A stretch of DNA of 64,000 nucleotides from an uncultured Chloroflexia bacterium. Its GTDB lineage: Bacteria; Chloroflexota; Limnocylindria; Limnocylindrales; CSP1-4. Made by a program: the position numbers and the translations under genes. Positions 27,706-38,650 of this stretch are shown in pieces. The notes under the pieces were generated by a model, which ran no database searches, was not told the origin of the DNA, and saw only the letters and a list, made by a program, of their open reading frames with translations. How positions within the stretch are numbered: position 1 is the stretch's first letter; the number at the start of each line of letters is the position of its first letter. The stretch lies in the NCBI GenBank assembly GCA_963749705.1, contig CAVVNQ010000002.1, forward strand, positions 1-64,000. The letters are read 5' to 3'.

Positions 27706-28575
27706 CTGGAACCCGAACAGCCCGTTCCCGACGACCAGCGTCCCGGAGCCGGTCCCGCCGCCGGCGATGACGCCGCCCCAGAGGATGGGGTCCGCGGCCT
27801 CCGCGCCCAGGTGCTGGCAACCCGCGATGCCGCCATGGCCCTGGTGCGAGCCCACATCGATCTCGCGAAGGCCGAGGCCGAGCAGATCAAGGGCGAGGTC
27901 GGACGTGCCGCTGCGCTGGGTGGGGTTGCGTTCGCCTGCCTCGTTCTGCTCGCCTTCCTGCTGCCGATCGGCGGCCTCCTGTTCCTCGGGGAGTGGATCT
28001 TCGGGTCGATCGGCTGGGGCCTGCTCCACGGCACGGAGCTGCTGATCGCCGTCGCGGTGCTGGCCGTGATGGTTGCCCTGCGGGTCCGCGGACTCGTGGC
28101 CGACCTGGCGATCGCGGTCGTGATCGGCCTGGTGGTCGCGCTCCTGCTAGGACCCAACCTGCCCAACGAGCTGTGGCGCCGGATCGGCGATGCAGCGGCG
28201 CTCGGCGATCCGTCCTGGCGACCGCTCGCGACCGGCATCCTGGTCATGGCCGCCGTGGGCGCCCTCGTGGGCCTCCTGCTCGGGGCGCGATCCGGCGGCG
28301 CCGGACCGGCCATCGGCGGCCTGGTCGCAGGCGCGATCCTGGGCGCGATCCTCGGTGCGTTCTCGGCGATCACATTCGGATGGCGGGTCGGGGCGGCGAT
28401 CGGCGTCGCGGCCGCGCTTGCGGGCTGGCCGATCCTGATGGGCTTCACGGTCGCGCGGGCCGGGATCGACTCGGAGGCGCTCAAGGCACGGTTCTGGCCG
28501 CAGACGACCATCGACACGACGAAGGAGACGATCGAGTGGGCGAAGGCACGGTCGCCGCTCGGGCCAACGTCCTAG
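27706..28575 (+). CDS. Holin-like (phage_holin_3_6/YqjE-type) membrane protein with extra TM segments; probable CTG start
   Basis: LVRAHIDLAKAE motif and P..TI.TTKETIEW C-terminus; GGAGG 8 nt before CTG; alternative ATG at 27835. Confidence 0.75.
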   Translation: MEPEQPVPDDQRPGAGPAAGDDAAPEDGVRGLRAQVLATRDAAMALVRAHIDLAKAEAEQIKGEVGRAAALGGVAFACLVLLAFLLPIGGLLFLGEWIFGSIGWGLLHGTELLIAVAVLAVMVALRVRGLVADLAIAVVIGLVVALLLGPNLPNELWRRIGDAAALGDPSWRPLATGILVMAAVGALVGLLLGARSGGAGPAIGGLVAGAILGAILGAFSAITFGWRVGAAIGVAAALAGWPILMGFTVARAGIDSEALKARFWPQTTIDTTKETIEWAKARSPLGPTS

Positions 28576-29117
28576 CGGCGCGCGCCGCCCTGGACGGAGA
28601 GCTCGAACGGCTCGAAGCATCGGCCCGCGCGGCCGTGGACATCCCGGCGAAGATCCGGCGTAACCCGATCGGCACGATGGGCGCCGCCGCGGGTGCCGGT
28701 TTCCTGCTGCTGGGCGGTCCGAAGCGCGCCCTGCGCGGTGTGCGGAACGCCATCTTCGGCAAGCCGGACCCGCTGCCCAAATCGATGCTGCCCAAGGAGA
28801 TCGACAAGGCCCTGGGTGAGCTCGGTGACGACGGCAAGCGCGTGCGCGGCACGATCGAGCGCGAGTTCGCCGCGTATCTCAGGGAGAAGGCCCCGGAGCG
28901 CAAGGAGCGGGATCTCAGCGCGGTCGCCGCGTCGCTCCTGACCGTCGCCGCCAAGCCCGTCGTCGAGCGCTACGGCCGCCAGCTGCTCGAGCAGGCGCTC
29001 GACCCCGACGGACCCGGCTTCGCCGAGCAGCTGGCCAAGGTACGCAAGCGGCGCGCCGTCGGCGACCAGCCAGCGGCGGGGACGAGCGCGGCGGAGGCGG
29101 CCAAGCCGAAGCCCTGA
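28536..29117 (+). CDS. DUF3618-like membrane-associated protein
   Basis: AAGGAG RBS and GTG; AARAALDGELERL..., RRNP.GTMGAAAGAGFLL; typical partner of the upstream gene. Confidence 0.7.
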   Translation: MGEGTVAARANVLAARAALDGELERLEASARAAVDIPAKIRRNPIGTMGAAAGAGFLLLGGPKRALRGVRNAIFGKPDPLPKSMLPKEIDKALGELGDDGKRVRGTIEREFAAYLREKAPERKERDLSAVAASLLTVAAKPVVERYGRQLLEQALDPDGPGFAEQLAKVRKRRAVGDQPAAGTSAAEAAKPKP

Positions 29118-29142
29118 CGAGGGGCCAGCTCCCGGCCATGCG

Positions 29143-29243
29143 GACGCTGACCCGGCCGCGCGACGCTGACCCGGCCTGCGCGACGTTGGCGCGGTCGCGC
29201 GGCGCGAACATGGCGCGGCCGCGCGGCGCGAACATGGCGCGGC
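29143..29243. repeat. Two adjacent tandem duplications (15-nt core with 19-nt period; 24 nt x2)
   Basis: GACGCTGACCCGGCC at 29143 and 29162; CGCGCGGCGCGAACATGGCGCGGC at 29196 and 29220. Confidence 0.85.
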
Positions 29244-29275
29244 ACCGGCCCATCGCGATCGAGGTCGCTCGCGCC

Positions 29276-30898
29276 CTATGCGGTCGCGGCCGGGGCCGAC
29301 GTTCCCAGCACCTGCCCGGATGCATCGAGCGCGGCCACGGCGACGTACGCCGAGGAGGCTGACGCGACGACCTCGGTGATGACGGTCTCGAACCCGGTGC
29401 GCGCCGTCTCCGTGACCGGCGCCAGCGCATCGGGGGTGGCGCCGGCGAGGAGCCGCCATGCGTGAACGCCGGTGGCTCCGTTCCAGCTCACGTAGGCGTT
29501 GATGCGGTGCTGCGTCCTGGTCACCTCGACCGGACGGTCGAGGACGAGTGCCGGCGGGTCCGCCGGCTGGCCCGACCACTCGGCGCGGATGTCGCGATAC
29601 GACTGCTTGCCGGCGGGCAGGCTGGCATCGAACACGATCGTGCCATCGGAGGCGAACTCGGTCAGGACCGGCTGCGAGCCCCAGCCGACGAGGACGTTGC
29701 CATTGGGCAGGAGCTGCATGTTGCCCTGGCTCGTGATCTCCAGGCCCTCGTGCCGCCTGTAGTCGCGGACGAACGTCGCCGTCATGGCGTGCTCGTCGAT
29801 GGCCAGGACGAGGCCTCGTCCCAGCTCGGGTGGCAGCCGATCATCGAACACGGTGATCGTCCCGTCGGCCTGGCGCCGGACGTCGTGCTGCCAGCCGAAT
29901 TCGGCGCCGTCGCCGATCGCGAAGTCGCTCTTGCGGCCACCCAGGCGCCACACGATGTCGCCGGTGCCGCGGTCGATCTTGTACACGGCGGAGGTGTTGC
30001 GCGCGGAGACCAGCAGCCGACCGTCGTGGTCCACGTCGATCGAGTTGCAGTGGACGTAGTCGTAGGCGCCGGTGCTGTCGCCCGGTGGGTCGAGGTAGGT
30101 CTCGTCGATCGCGATGTGGTCGACGGAGTGCCACTCGAACACGCGCTGTCCGCTTGCCAGGTCGATCTCGACCACCGCGCAGTCGAGGACCTGGGCGGGC
30201 GCGGGTGATGCCGATCCGCTCGGGGGGTCTGCGGGGCGGTCGACGAAATAGAGCGCGGTCCCCTGGGGCGTGACGTGGAACTCGTGGAGGTCCGCGCCGC
30301 CGCCATCGGTGCTGATGCGCGCGATCTCCCGGTAGGCGGCGTCGACGATGACGTACTCGCCGTCGCCGATGCCCACGTTGACCGTTCCCTCCCACCAGCA
30401 CAGCGCCGGCTGGCCCCGGTACTCGATGACCTGGAGGTTGGTGGCGTGGCGCCCCAAATCGGCGTGCATCCAGACGAGCTCGCCGGTCTCCTCGTAGATC
30501 GTCGGCCCGTCGGTGACATCGCCGTTGTTGGGGGTCATCAGCAGCAGGCCGCGCGCCGTCCCGAGGGGCGGCGTGCGGAGGAGGAGCGCCGGCGGCCGGA
30601 GGTCGGGTCGCGACGTGAAGGCGAGCCGTGGCCCCGGCGGGGGCGGCGTCGGCGTCGGCCTGCCGGAGGCGCCGGGTGGGCTCGCGGGTGGGCTCGCGAG
30701 CGCGATGTCATGCGTGAGCCCCGACGGTGCGGCGCTCCCGGCCGGACGGCCGCCGGTCAGGGGCCCAGCGATCTCGAACCCCGCGGCCGTCGCGACGGCC
30801 GTCCCGGCGATCAGGCCGGCGGAGGCCAGCAAAGATCGCCGCGAGATCCGGCGCTGGCCGGGTCCCGGCGGCGGCTCGTCGATCGGTCCGTCTGCCAC
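29276..30898 (-). CDS. Tat-exported arylsulfotransferase (ASST) family protein
   Basis: SRRSLL Tat signal; SRPDL.PP, DLHEF, DYVHCNSI, LVSARN, WQHD, SQGN.Q.L.NGN. Confidence 0.88.
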   Translation of the reverse strand: MADGPIDEPPPGPGQRRISRRSLLASAGLIAGTAVATAAGFEIAGPLTGGRPAGSAAPSGLTHDIALASPPASPPGASGRPTPTPPPPGPRLAFTSRPDLRPPALLLRTPPLGTARGLLLMTPNNGDVTDGPTIYEETGELVWMHADLGRHATNLQVIEYRGQPALCWWEGTVNVGIGDGEYVIVDAAYREIARISTDGGGADLHEFHVTPQGTALYFVDRPADPPSGSASPAPAQVLDCAVVEIDLASGQRVFEWHSVDHIAIDETYLDPPGDSTGAYDYVHCNSIDVDHDGRLLVSARNTSAVYKIDRGTGDIVWRLGGRKSDFAIGDGAEFGWQHDVRRQADGTITVFDDRLPPELGRGLVLAIDEHAMTATFVRDYRRHEGLEITSQGNMQLLPNGNVLVGWGSQPVLTEFASDGTIVFDASLPAGKQSYRDIRAEWSGQPADPPALVLDRPVEVTRTQHRINAYVSWNGATGVHAWRLLAGATPDALAPVTETARTGFETVITEVVASASSAYVAVAALDASGQVLGTSAPAATA

Positions 30899-31065
30899 CG
30901 ATGTCGTCTCCTGTGCCGGCCGTGGGCATTCGGATCCAAGCAGGTCGGACGAGACCGGGGCATGACGCGCCGCGCGGAAGTGATTGCCGTTACGTGACAG
31001 TCGCGCCGGACCGGGTTGCGCGGGTCTCGGTCAGGCGGCGCGCCGGGGCGCGGCGATCCATTCGT

Positions 31066-31153
31066 TGGTAGGCGAGGTCGGGGTCGAACCGACACGTTCC
31101 TCACGGAACACCGGCTCCTAAGGCCGGCGCGTCTGCCATTCCGCCACTCGCCC
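31066..31153 (-). tRNA. tRNA-Leu (anticodon TAG)
   Basis: GGGCGAG/CTCGCCT acceptor stem plus ACCA, D-loop TGGCGGAATGGCAGACGC, CCGGC-CTTAGGA-GCCGG anticodon arm, long variable arm, GGTTCGA T-loop. Confidence 0.97.
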
Positions 31154-31162
31154 GCCGCGAGT

Positions 31163-32383
31163 CTACCCGTCCGTCGATGCCCCGACGACCTGGCTCCCGG
31201 CCAGCCAGACCGACGCGATGCGGTCGGGGAGCGTGTCGAGGGCGTATGGGTCACCGTCCACGACGACGAGATCGGCGAGCTTGCCGGGCTCGATGGTGCC
31301 CCGCTCGCCGTCCACGCCCATCAGCTGCGCCGCGCTCCGCGTCGTCGCCTCGAGGACCGCACCCGGCGACATGCCCAGGCTCTCCATCAGCGCCAGCTCC
31401 CGAAGGTTCTGGCCGTGGGGGGTGACCCCGGTGTCGGTGCCCATCGCGACCCGGACTCCCGCCTCGATCGCGCGGCGGACGGCCGTGCGGTGGATGTCGA
31501 TCGTGGCGCGGGCCTTGGCGATGACGTTGGGCGCGATCGCGGCACCGGCCTCGGCAGCATCGATCACGCCCTGCGGCGCGACGAGCGTCGGCACCAGCCA
31601 GGTTCCCTTGCGGAGCATGAGGTCGATGCCCTCGTCGTCCAGGAACACGCCGTGCTCGATCGACCGGATCCCGGCCCGCACGGCGTTCTTGATGCCGGCG
31701 GCCGCCTGCGCGTGGGCCATCACGAACATCCCGGCGGCGGTCGCCTCCTCCACGAGGACGTCGAGCTCGGCCGGGCGGAAGTGCGCATGGGACGGATCGT
31801 CACGCGGGGAGGCCACGCCGCCCGACGTCGCGACCTTGACCACATCCGCGCCATTGCGGTGGAGCTCGCGGACCTTGCGCCGCATCTCATCGGGACCGTC
31901 GACGATCGCCCTGGGCATGCCCGGATAGGCGGGCAACGTTGGGAGCTCCACGCCCGACACGAACCAGTCGTCGCCGTGGCCGCCGGTCTGACTGAGCATG
32001 GTGAGGCTGATCTGCATCCGTGGACCGGGGATCAGCCCGGTCGCGACGGCCTCCTTCATGCCCAGGTCGGCGCCGCCCGCGTCGCGGATGGAGGTGATCC
32101 CCGATCGCAACGTGGTCGCGAGGTTGCGCGCCGCGATGTAGAACCGGAGGGAGAAGGGCTGGTTCATCACCCGCCAGGTGTCGACGCTGTCAAGCACCAC
32201 GTGGACGTGCGTGTCGAACAACCCCGGCAGCAGCGTCCGGCCGCCAAGATCGACCGCCTCGTCGCCGTCCAGCCGCGGCCCGACATCGACGATGCGACCG
32301 TCCTCGACGCTGACATCGGCAGGGCTCGGATCCGTGCCCGTGCCATCGAACACGAAACCGCCGTGGAACACCGTGCGCGTCAT
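31163..32383 (-). CDS. Metal-dependent amidohydrolase (Xaa-Pro dipeptidase-like)
   Basis: PGLFDTHVH, GITSIRDAGG, QTGGHGD, MAHA, SIEHG, MGTDTG, GKLADLVV. Confidence 0.92.
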   Translation of the reverse strand: MTRTVFHGGFVFDGTGTDPSPADVSVEDGRIVDVGPRLDGDEAVDLGGRTLLPGLFDTHVHVVLDSVDTWRVMNQPFSLRFYIAARNLATTLRSGITSIRDAGGADLGMKEAVATGLIPGPRMQISLTMLSQTGGHGDDWFVSGVELPTLPAYPGMPRAIVDGPDEMRRKVRELHRNGADVVKVATSGGVASPRDDPSHAHFRPAELDVLVEEATAAGMFVMAHAQAAAGIKNAVRAGIRSIEHGVFLDDEGIDLMLRKGTWLVPTLVAPQGVIDAAEAGAAIAPNVIAKARATIDIHRTAVRRAIEAGVRVAMGTDTGVTPHGQNLRELALMESLGMSPGAVLEATTRSAAQLMGVDGERGTIEPGKLADLVVVDGDPYALDTLPDRIASVWLAGSQVVGASTDG

Positions 32384-32494
32384 GCCGCCTCCCTGGAGAT
32401 CGTTCGGCAACCGAGTCTAAGCGCGTGCACGTGATCCGCGAGCGCCCGTTCGAACGCGGCCCGCGCCGGCGACCCACCCTATACTCGCCGGGCG

Positions 32495-33988
32495 ATGAAT
32501 GTGACCGCCACGCCCGCCCCCAAGAGCTCCGTCCTCCTCGAGATCGAGATCCCGCCCGACCGGCTGGACCGCGCGGTCCGCGATGCCGTCCAGCGCCTGT
32601 CGCGCCGGACGCGGGTCGCCGGGTTCCGCCCGGGCAAGGCCCCGCGCCCGATCCTCGAACGTGTCCTTGGCCCGGGCGCCGTGCTCGAAGAGGCGGTGGA
32701 CCAGCTCGTCCAGGATGCCTACCGGGAGGCGGTCATCGAGCAGGGGATCATCCCGCTCACCAACGCCGACGTCGAGGTCGTGACCGCCGAGGAAGGCAAG
32801 CCGCTGGTGTTCAAGGCCACCGTCCAGGTGCGCCCGGAGGTCAAGCTCGGCGACTACAAGGAGTTCAACTTCAGTCCCGAGATCGAGGACATCGACGACG
32901 CCAGGGTCGACAAGGTGGTCGAGGAGCTGCGTGATCAGAACGCGACGCTGGCCGCGGTCGAGGACCGGGGGGCGCGCGACGGCGACTGGGCCGTGATCGG
33001 CTTCGTGGGCACCCGCGACGGCACCCCGTTCGAGGGCGGCACGACCGAGCGGATGCCCCTGATCCTGGGCGAGGACCGGCTGATCCCGGGCTTCGAGGCC
33101 AACCTCATCGGGCTCGAGCCCGGACAGAGCACCGAGTTCGACATCACCTTCCCCGACGATTACCCGGAGGAGTCGCTGGCGGGCAAGCAGGTGCATTTCG
33201 CGGCGGATCTCAAGGAGCTCCGCGAGAAGGTGCTGCCGACCGCCGACGACGCCTTTGCCCAGAGCCTGGGCGACTACGCGGACCTTGCGGCATTGAAGGC
33301 GGACGTCGCCCAGCGCCTCGGCCGCAACGCGATCGACCGCGCGCGCCACGAGTTCGCCGACCGGATCATCGAGTACGCGGTCGCCAACTCCACGATCGAG
33401 CTGCCGGACATCCTGGTCGACCAGGAGGTCGAGGTGATGCACGACGAGCTGCGCACCTCGCTCGCCCGGCAGGGGATCGCCGAGGCGGCGTACCTGAAGG
33501 CGACCAACCAGACCGAGGCCGGCCTCCACGACGAGCTCCGACCCAAGGCGGAGCATCGGACGAGGGTGCTGCTCGCCCTGACGCGGATCGCGGAGGAGGA
33601 GGGGATCGAGGTTCCCGAGACCGAGGTCGAGGGCGAGATCGAACGCGCCCGGGCCCGCTACCAGGACCCGAAGACCGTCAGGTACTTCGAGTCCGACCGG
33701 GGTCGCAGCTTCATCCGCAGCTCGCTGCGCCGCACGAAGGTCGTCGAGACGCTCGTCGACCAGTGGCTGGCCGCGCATCCGGAGCACCCGCCGTTGCCGC
33801 ACCTCGAGGATGACGCGCCGTCGGCGCTCGACGATCCGCAGGCGGCGTCCGCGGCCGCGATCGATGCAACCGACCCGGGATCGCTGCCGGGTGACGCCCA
33901 CCAGCATCATCACCACGACCACGATCATGGCGAGGCCACGGACGTGGCCGCGGAACAGGCGCCCACCGGCACCGCGCCGGGCCGCTAG
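32495..33988 (+). CDS. tig: Trigger factor
   Basis: GFRPGKAP ribosome-binding motif, FKBP domain (FEGG, LIPGFE, FPDDY); precedes clpP. Confidence 0.96.
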   Translation: MNVTATPAPKSSVLLEIEIPPDRLDRAVRDAVQRLSRRTRVAGFRPGKAPRPILERVLGPGAVLEEAVDQLVQDAYREAVIEQGIIPLTNADVEVVTAEEGKPLVFKATVQVRPEVKLGDYKEFNFSPEIEDIDDARVDKVVEELRDQNATLAAVEDRGARDGDWAVIGFVGTRDGTPFEGGTTERMPLILGEDRLIPGFEANLIGLEPGQSTEFDITFPDDYPEESLAGKQVHFAADLKELREKVLPTADDAFAQSLGDYADLAALKADVAQRLGRNAIDRARHEFADRIIEYAVANSTIELPDILVDQEVEVMHDELRTSLARQGIAEAAYLKATNQTEAGLHDELRPKAEHRTRVLLALTRIAEEEGIEVPETEVEGEIERARARYQDPKTVRYFESDRGRSFIRSSLRRTKVVETLVDQWLAAHPEHPPLPHLEDDAPSALDDPQAASAAAIDATDPGSLPGDAHQHHHHDHDHGEATDVAAEQAPTGTAPGR

Positions 33989-34029
33989 CCGCACCAGCCG
34001 TGCGCGATCGAACGCAGGGGAGACCCACG

Positions 34030-34713
34030 ATGCTCGTCCCGATGGTCATCGAATCCACCAGCCGTGGCGAGCGCGCCTACGACATCTACTCGCGGCTCCT
34101 GCGGGAGCGGATCATCTTCCTGGGCGACGCGATCGACGACCACCTGGCGAATCTCGTGATCGCGCAGCTGCTGTTCCTCGAGTCCGAGGATCCCGAGAAG
34201 GACATCAGCCTGTACATCAACTCGCCGGGCGGCGTGGTGACCAGCGGCCTGGCGATCTACGACACGATGCAGTACCTGCGGGCACCGGTCAGCACGATCT
34301 GCATCGGCATGGCGGCGTCGATGGCCGCGGTCCTGCTCGCCGCCGGCAACAAGGGCAAGCGCTACGCCCTGCCGCACAGCAGGATCATGATCCACCAGGG
34401 TTCAGGCGGCTTCCGCGGCAACGCCCCGGACGCGGTGATCCAGATGAAGGAGTGGGAGCATCTCGTCCAGGTCAACCACGAGATCCTCGCCCGCCACACG
34501 GGACAGAACCTGGAGACGATCATCAGGGACACCGACCGGGACCATTTCATGGGTCCCGACGAGGCGCAGGACTATGGCATCATCGATGCGGTCTACACCG
34601 TCACGGGTGATTCGCTGATCGCGCAGGCGCATGATGCGGGGCTCGTCGTCGGTGGAGGCGGCAAGGCAAAGGGGTCGGACGCCGCCGAGCCGGATCCGGC
34701 CACGGACCACTAG
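34030..34713 (+). CDS. clpP: ATP-dependent Clp protease proteolytic subunit
   Basis: [33 protein letters not shown]. Confidence 0.97.
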   Translation: MLVPMVIESTSRGERAYDIYSRLLRERIIFLGDAIDDHLANLVIAQLLFLESEDPEKDISLYINSPGGVVTSGLAIYDTMQYLRAPVSTICIGMAASMAAVLLAAGNKGKRYALPHSRIMIHQGSGGFRGNAPDAVIQMKEWEHLVQVNHEILARHTGQNLETIIRDTDRDHFMGPDEAQDYGIIDAVYTVTGDSLIAQAHDAGLVVGGGGKAKGSDAAEPDPATDH

Positions 34714-34725
34714 ACAGGGGACATC

Positions 34726-36039
<1,314 letters not shown>

Positions 36040-36085
36040 CCGCTCCCGGAGCGAGCTCCGTTTCGCTCGCGCCCGCTCGCCCGCA

Positions 36086-36127
36086 GCGTCCGGCCCGCGG
36101 CGTCCGGCCCGCGGCGTCCGGCCCGCG
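36086..36127. repeat. 14-nt tandem repeat GCGTCCGGCCCGCG x3
   Basis: Three exact copies just after clpX. Confidence 0.9.
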
Positions 36128-36440
36128 GCGCCCGCAGCACGAGCGGTTCCTCGCCCCGGCCCTCGGTGGCGACCACGAAGTTGGTCCCCCGACCGACCAC
36201 CACCCGGCGATCGCGGGCTACCACCCGCCTTGATCACCTCATGTGCATCTCAGGCTTTGGAGTGCCCCGAACTCGGGCGCGTCCACTCGGGCCGCCGCGC
36301 TCGAGCCACATGCGGACGCTTCTGCACACCTGATGATCTTGTTGGTGCGCAGAACGACGCGCCGACCATCCCCGATGACGCCCCCGCTTACGACGTCGCA
36401 TAAGGGCGGGGCAAGTGCGGGAAATGAACATGTCCGGATC

Positions 36441-37187
36441 ATGGGAGGTCGCAGGCGCACCCGGCTTGCCGTCGAGGCCGAACGGCGCAACCTGGAACAG
36501 CTGTCCCGCCTTGGAGCGGATGTCCGCTCGGCCCGGCGCGCAAGGTCGCTGACGCAGACCTCGCTCGGCGTTCGGGTCGGGGTGGGCCGGATGACCGTCA
36601 GCCGGCTCGAGCGCGGGCGGGGCGGCGGTGTCTCGCTTGACGCCTGGCAGCGGATCGCGCTCGCCGTCGGGCGCCCGCTGACGCTCGGGCTCCAGCGCGC
36701 CATCGACGGCGACACGCGCGACGCTGGGCATCTCGCGATCCAGGAGCTCGTGCTCGGGCTCGGTCGCGCGGCTGGCTACCGGGGCCTGGTCGAGCTGGCG
36801 ACCACACCGGTCGAACCGTGGCGCTCGATCGACGTGGTCCTCGCCGACGACTCGCGGCGCCGGTTGCTCGTGGTGGAGTGCTGGAACACGATCGGTGACG
36901 TCGGCGCGGCTGCGCGCTCGTCCGCACGCAAGGCCGTCGAAGCCGGGGCGCTCGCAGCCACCCGCTGGGGCGAGGGCGACCACCGGGTCGGGCTGGTGTG
37001 GGTCATCCGCGCGACCGCCCGAAACCGCGCGATCGTTGCTCGCTACCCGCAGGTCTTCGCGGCGCGGTTCCCTGCGTCGTCCTATCGCTGGGCTCGAGCC
37101 CTTGCCAACGGCGAGCCCGCGCCGCTCGAGGCCGGCCTCGTTTGGTCGACCGTCGATGGCGGTCGGATCTTCCCCTGGCGGCGATGA
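36441..37187 (+). CDS. XRE-family HTH fused to a restriction-endonuclease-like (PD-(D/E)XK-type) domain
   Basis: RSARRARSLTQTSLG..VG..TVSRLERG HTH; E...SIDVVL...LLVVECW nuclease-like core. Confidence 0.75.
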   Translation: MGGRRRTRLAVEAERRNLEQLSRLGADVRSARRARSLTQTSLGVRVGVGRMTVSRLERGRGGGVSLDAWQRIALAVGRPLTLGLQRAIDGDTRDAGHLAIQELVLGLGRAAGYRGLVELATTPVEPWRSIDVVLADDSRRRLLVVECWNTIGDVGAAARSSARKAVEAGALAATRWGEGDHRVGLVWVIRATARNRAIVARYPQVFAARFPASSYRWARALANGEPAPLEAGLVWSTVDGGRIFPWRR

Positions 37188-37209
37188 TGGCCGGCGCCGG
37201 CTCCCGGGC

Positions 37210-37563
37210 TCAGCCCGTCTGGAACAGGCGCAGGACGAGCAGCGCCAGGGCCACGCCCGCGACGCCGAGCGCGAGTGAGCGCCGACGCGCGAGCGGCTCG
37301 AGGAAGCGCGCGACCGGCAACACCAGCACCGCCACCGCCGCATACAGCAGGTGAAGGGCGTCGTCCGGGCCCGGGCCGGTCACGAGCAGCACGAGGCCCA
37401 GCGCCGCGCCGACCAGGACCAGCACGAACACGCCCAGGATGGCGCGATCCCGGGCGAACCGCATCGGGCGATGCGTGACCTCACCGAGCACGACCAGGAT
37501 GACCACGAGCCCAGCCCCGAGCGCGACGAGGATCGCCAGCAATCGGTGTGCCTCGACGAGCAT
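37210..37563 (-). CDS. Small 4-TM membrane protein
   Basis: GGAGGT RBS; hydrophobic, with His at AHR and LHLLYA; ends RLFQTG. Confidence 0.8.
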   Translation of the reverse strand: MLVEAHRLLAILVALGAGLVVILVVLGEVTHRPMRFARDRAILGVFVLVLVGAALGLVLLVTGPGPDDALHLLYAAVAVLVLPVARFLEPLARRRSLALGVAGVALALLVLRLFQTG

Positions 37564-37618
37564 CGGTCACCTCCCTGTCGGAGTCCCGGGCGAGCCGCCC
37601 GGCGGGCGTCGCTCCGAA

Positions 37619-37706
37619 CCTGTTCCGTCCCCCTGAGCCTGTTCCGTCCCGTCGAGCCGGTTGCGTGGCCCGGCACCCCGTTGCGTCCCCAGACGCCTGT
37701 TGCGTC
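37619..37706. repeat. Five 11-nt motifs CCNGTTSCGTS at 19-20 nt spacing between divergent promoters
   Basis: Copies at 37619, 37638, 37657, 37677 and 37696. Confidence 0.8.
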
Positions 37707-37822
37707 GCCCGGAACCGACCGGCCGGCTCGAGGCGCCTCGCGACCGCCCGCGTGCAACGATCGCAGATCCCCGCGTAGGATTAGGCGGCTGGCCGGACGA
37801 ACAGAGAGTAGTCGAGGCGAAC

Positions 37823-38650
37823 GTGTCCCCCGCTTCAGCATCCCGCTCCCGCGCGCACACCGGGCGCCGGCGGTCGGTGTCGGGCTGGCGGGTGGTGGCG
37901 GTCTACCTGGGTGTCTCGAGCCTGATGATCCTGGGCATCGCCGTGTCCGGTGTCCTCGCCGCCACAGCTCCGCCGCCACCCGCGGCGAGCGCCCGGACAT
38001 CGGTGACCGAGGCGGGCCGTGGCGAGGAGCTGTTCCTCACCAGCTGCGCCGCGTGCCACGGGCCGCAGGGCGCGGGAACCGAGAACGGGCCGGACATCCG
38101 GTCCGCCGGGGCCGCCCTCGCGGACTTCGAGCTCCGGACGGGGCGGATGCCACTCGGCGACCAGGGGCCGCCCGCGCGCCGGGGCACACCCCAGTTCGAC
38201 GACGCCGACATCGCCGCCCTGGTCGCCTACGTCGCTTCGCTGGGCTCGGGACCCGCGATTCCCAACGTGGTCGTGTCCGGTGCCGACCTCAACGCCGGCC
38301 GCCGCCTGTACGTGGCCAACTGCTCGGCCTGCCACGGTCCGGCGGCCGGCGGCGGCTCCGTGGGCGGCGGCTTCGTCGCCCCGGCCCTGACCGGTGCGGA
38401 TGCCACCACGGTGGGCGAGGCCGTCGTCACCGGCCCCGGGCCGATGCCCCGGTTCTCGTTCGCGCCGGACGATCTGGACAACCTCGCCGCGTACGTCCAG
38501 TTCCTGCACGACCCGCCGCATCCCGGCGGCGCAACGGCCCCCGCCGTCGGTCCCGTGACCGAGGGCTTCGTCGCCGCCCTGGCCCTGCTCGGCCTGGTGC
38601 TGGTCGCCCGCTGGGTCGCGGTTCGTCGCGAGCGGGAGGTGTCGTCGTGA
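37823..38650 (+). CDS. qcrC: Diheme cytochrome c subunit of cytochrome bcc
   Basis: CAACH and CSACH, TGRMP, GPGPMP, GPVTEG; N- and C-terminal TM. Confidence 0.92.
   Translation: MSPASASRSRAHTGRRRSVSGWRVVAVYLGVSSLMILGIAVSGVLAATAPPPPAASARTSVTEAGRGEELFLTSCAACHGPQGAGTENGPDIRSAGAALADFELRTGRMPLGDQGPPARRGTPQFDDADIAALVAYVASLGSGPAIPNVVVSGADLNAGRRLYVANCSACHGPAAGGGSVGGGFVAPALTGADATTVGEAVVTGPGPMPRFSFAPDDLDNLAAYVQFLHDPPHPGGATAPAVGPVTEGFVAALALLGLVLVARWVAVRREREVSS

Noticed and set aside
27706-29117. Prophage lysis module
   Set aside because: The holin-like/DUF3618 pair is a common chromosomal module; no endolysin or structural phage genes
30900-31153. Integrative element at the tRNA-Leu 3' end
   Set aside because: No integrase, no duplicated tRNA 3' end seen, and neighbours look native
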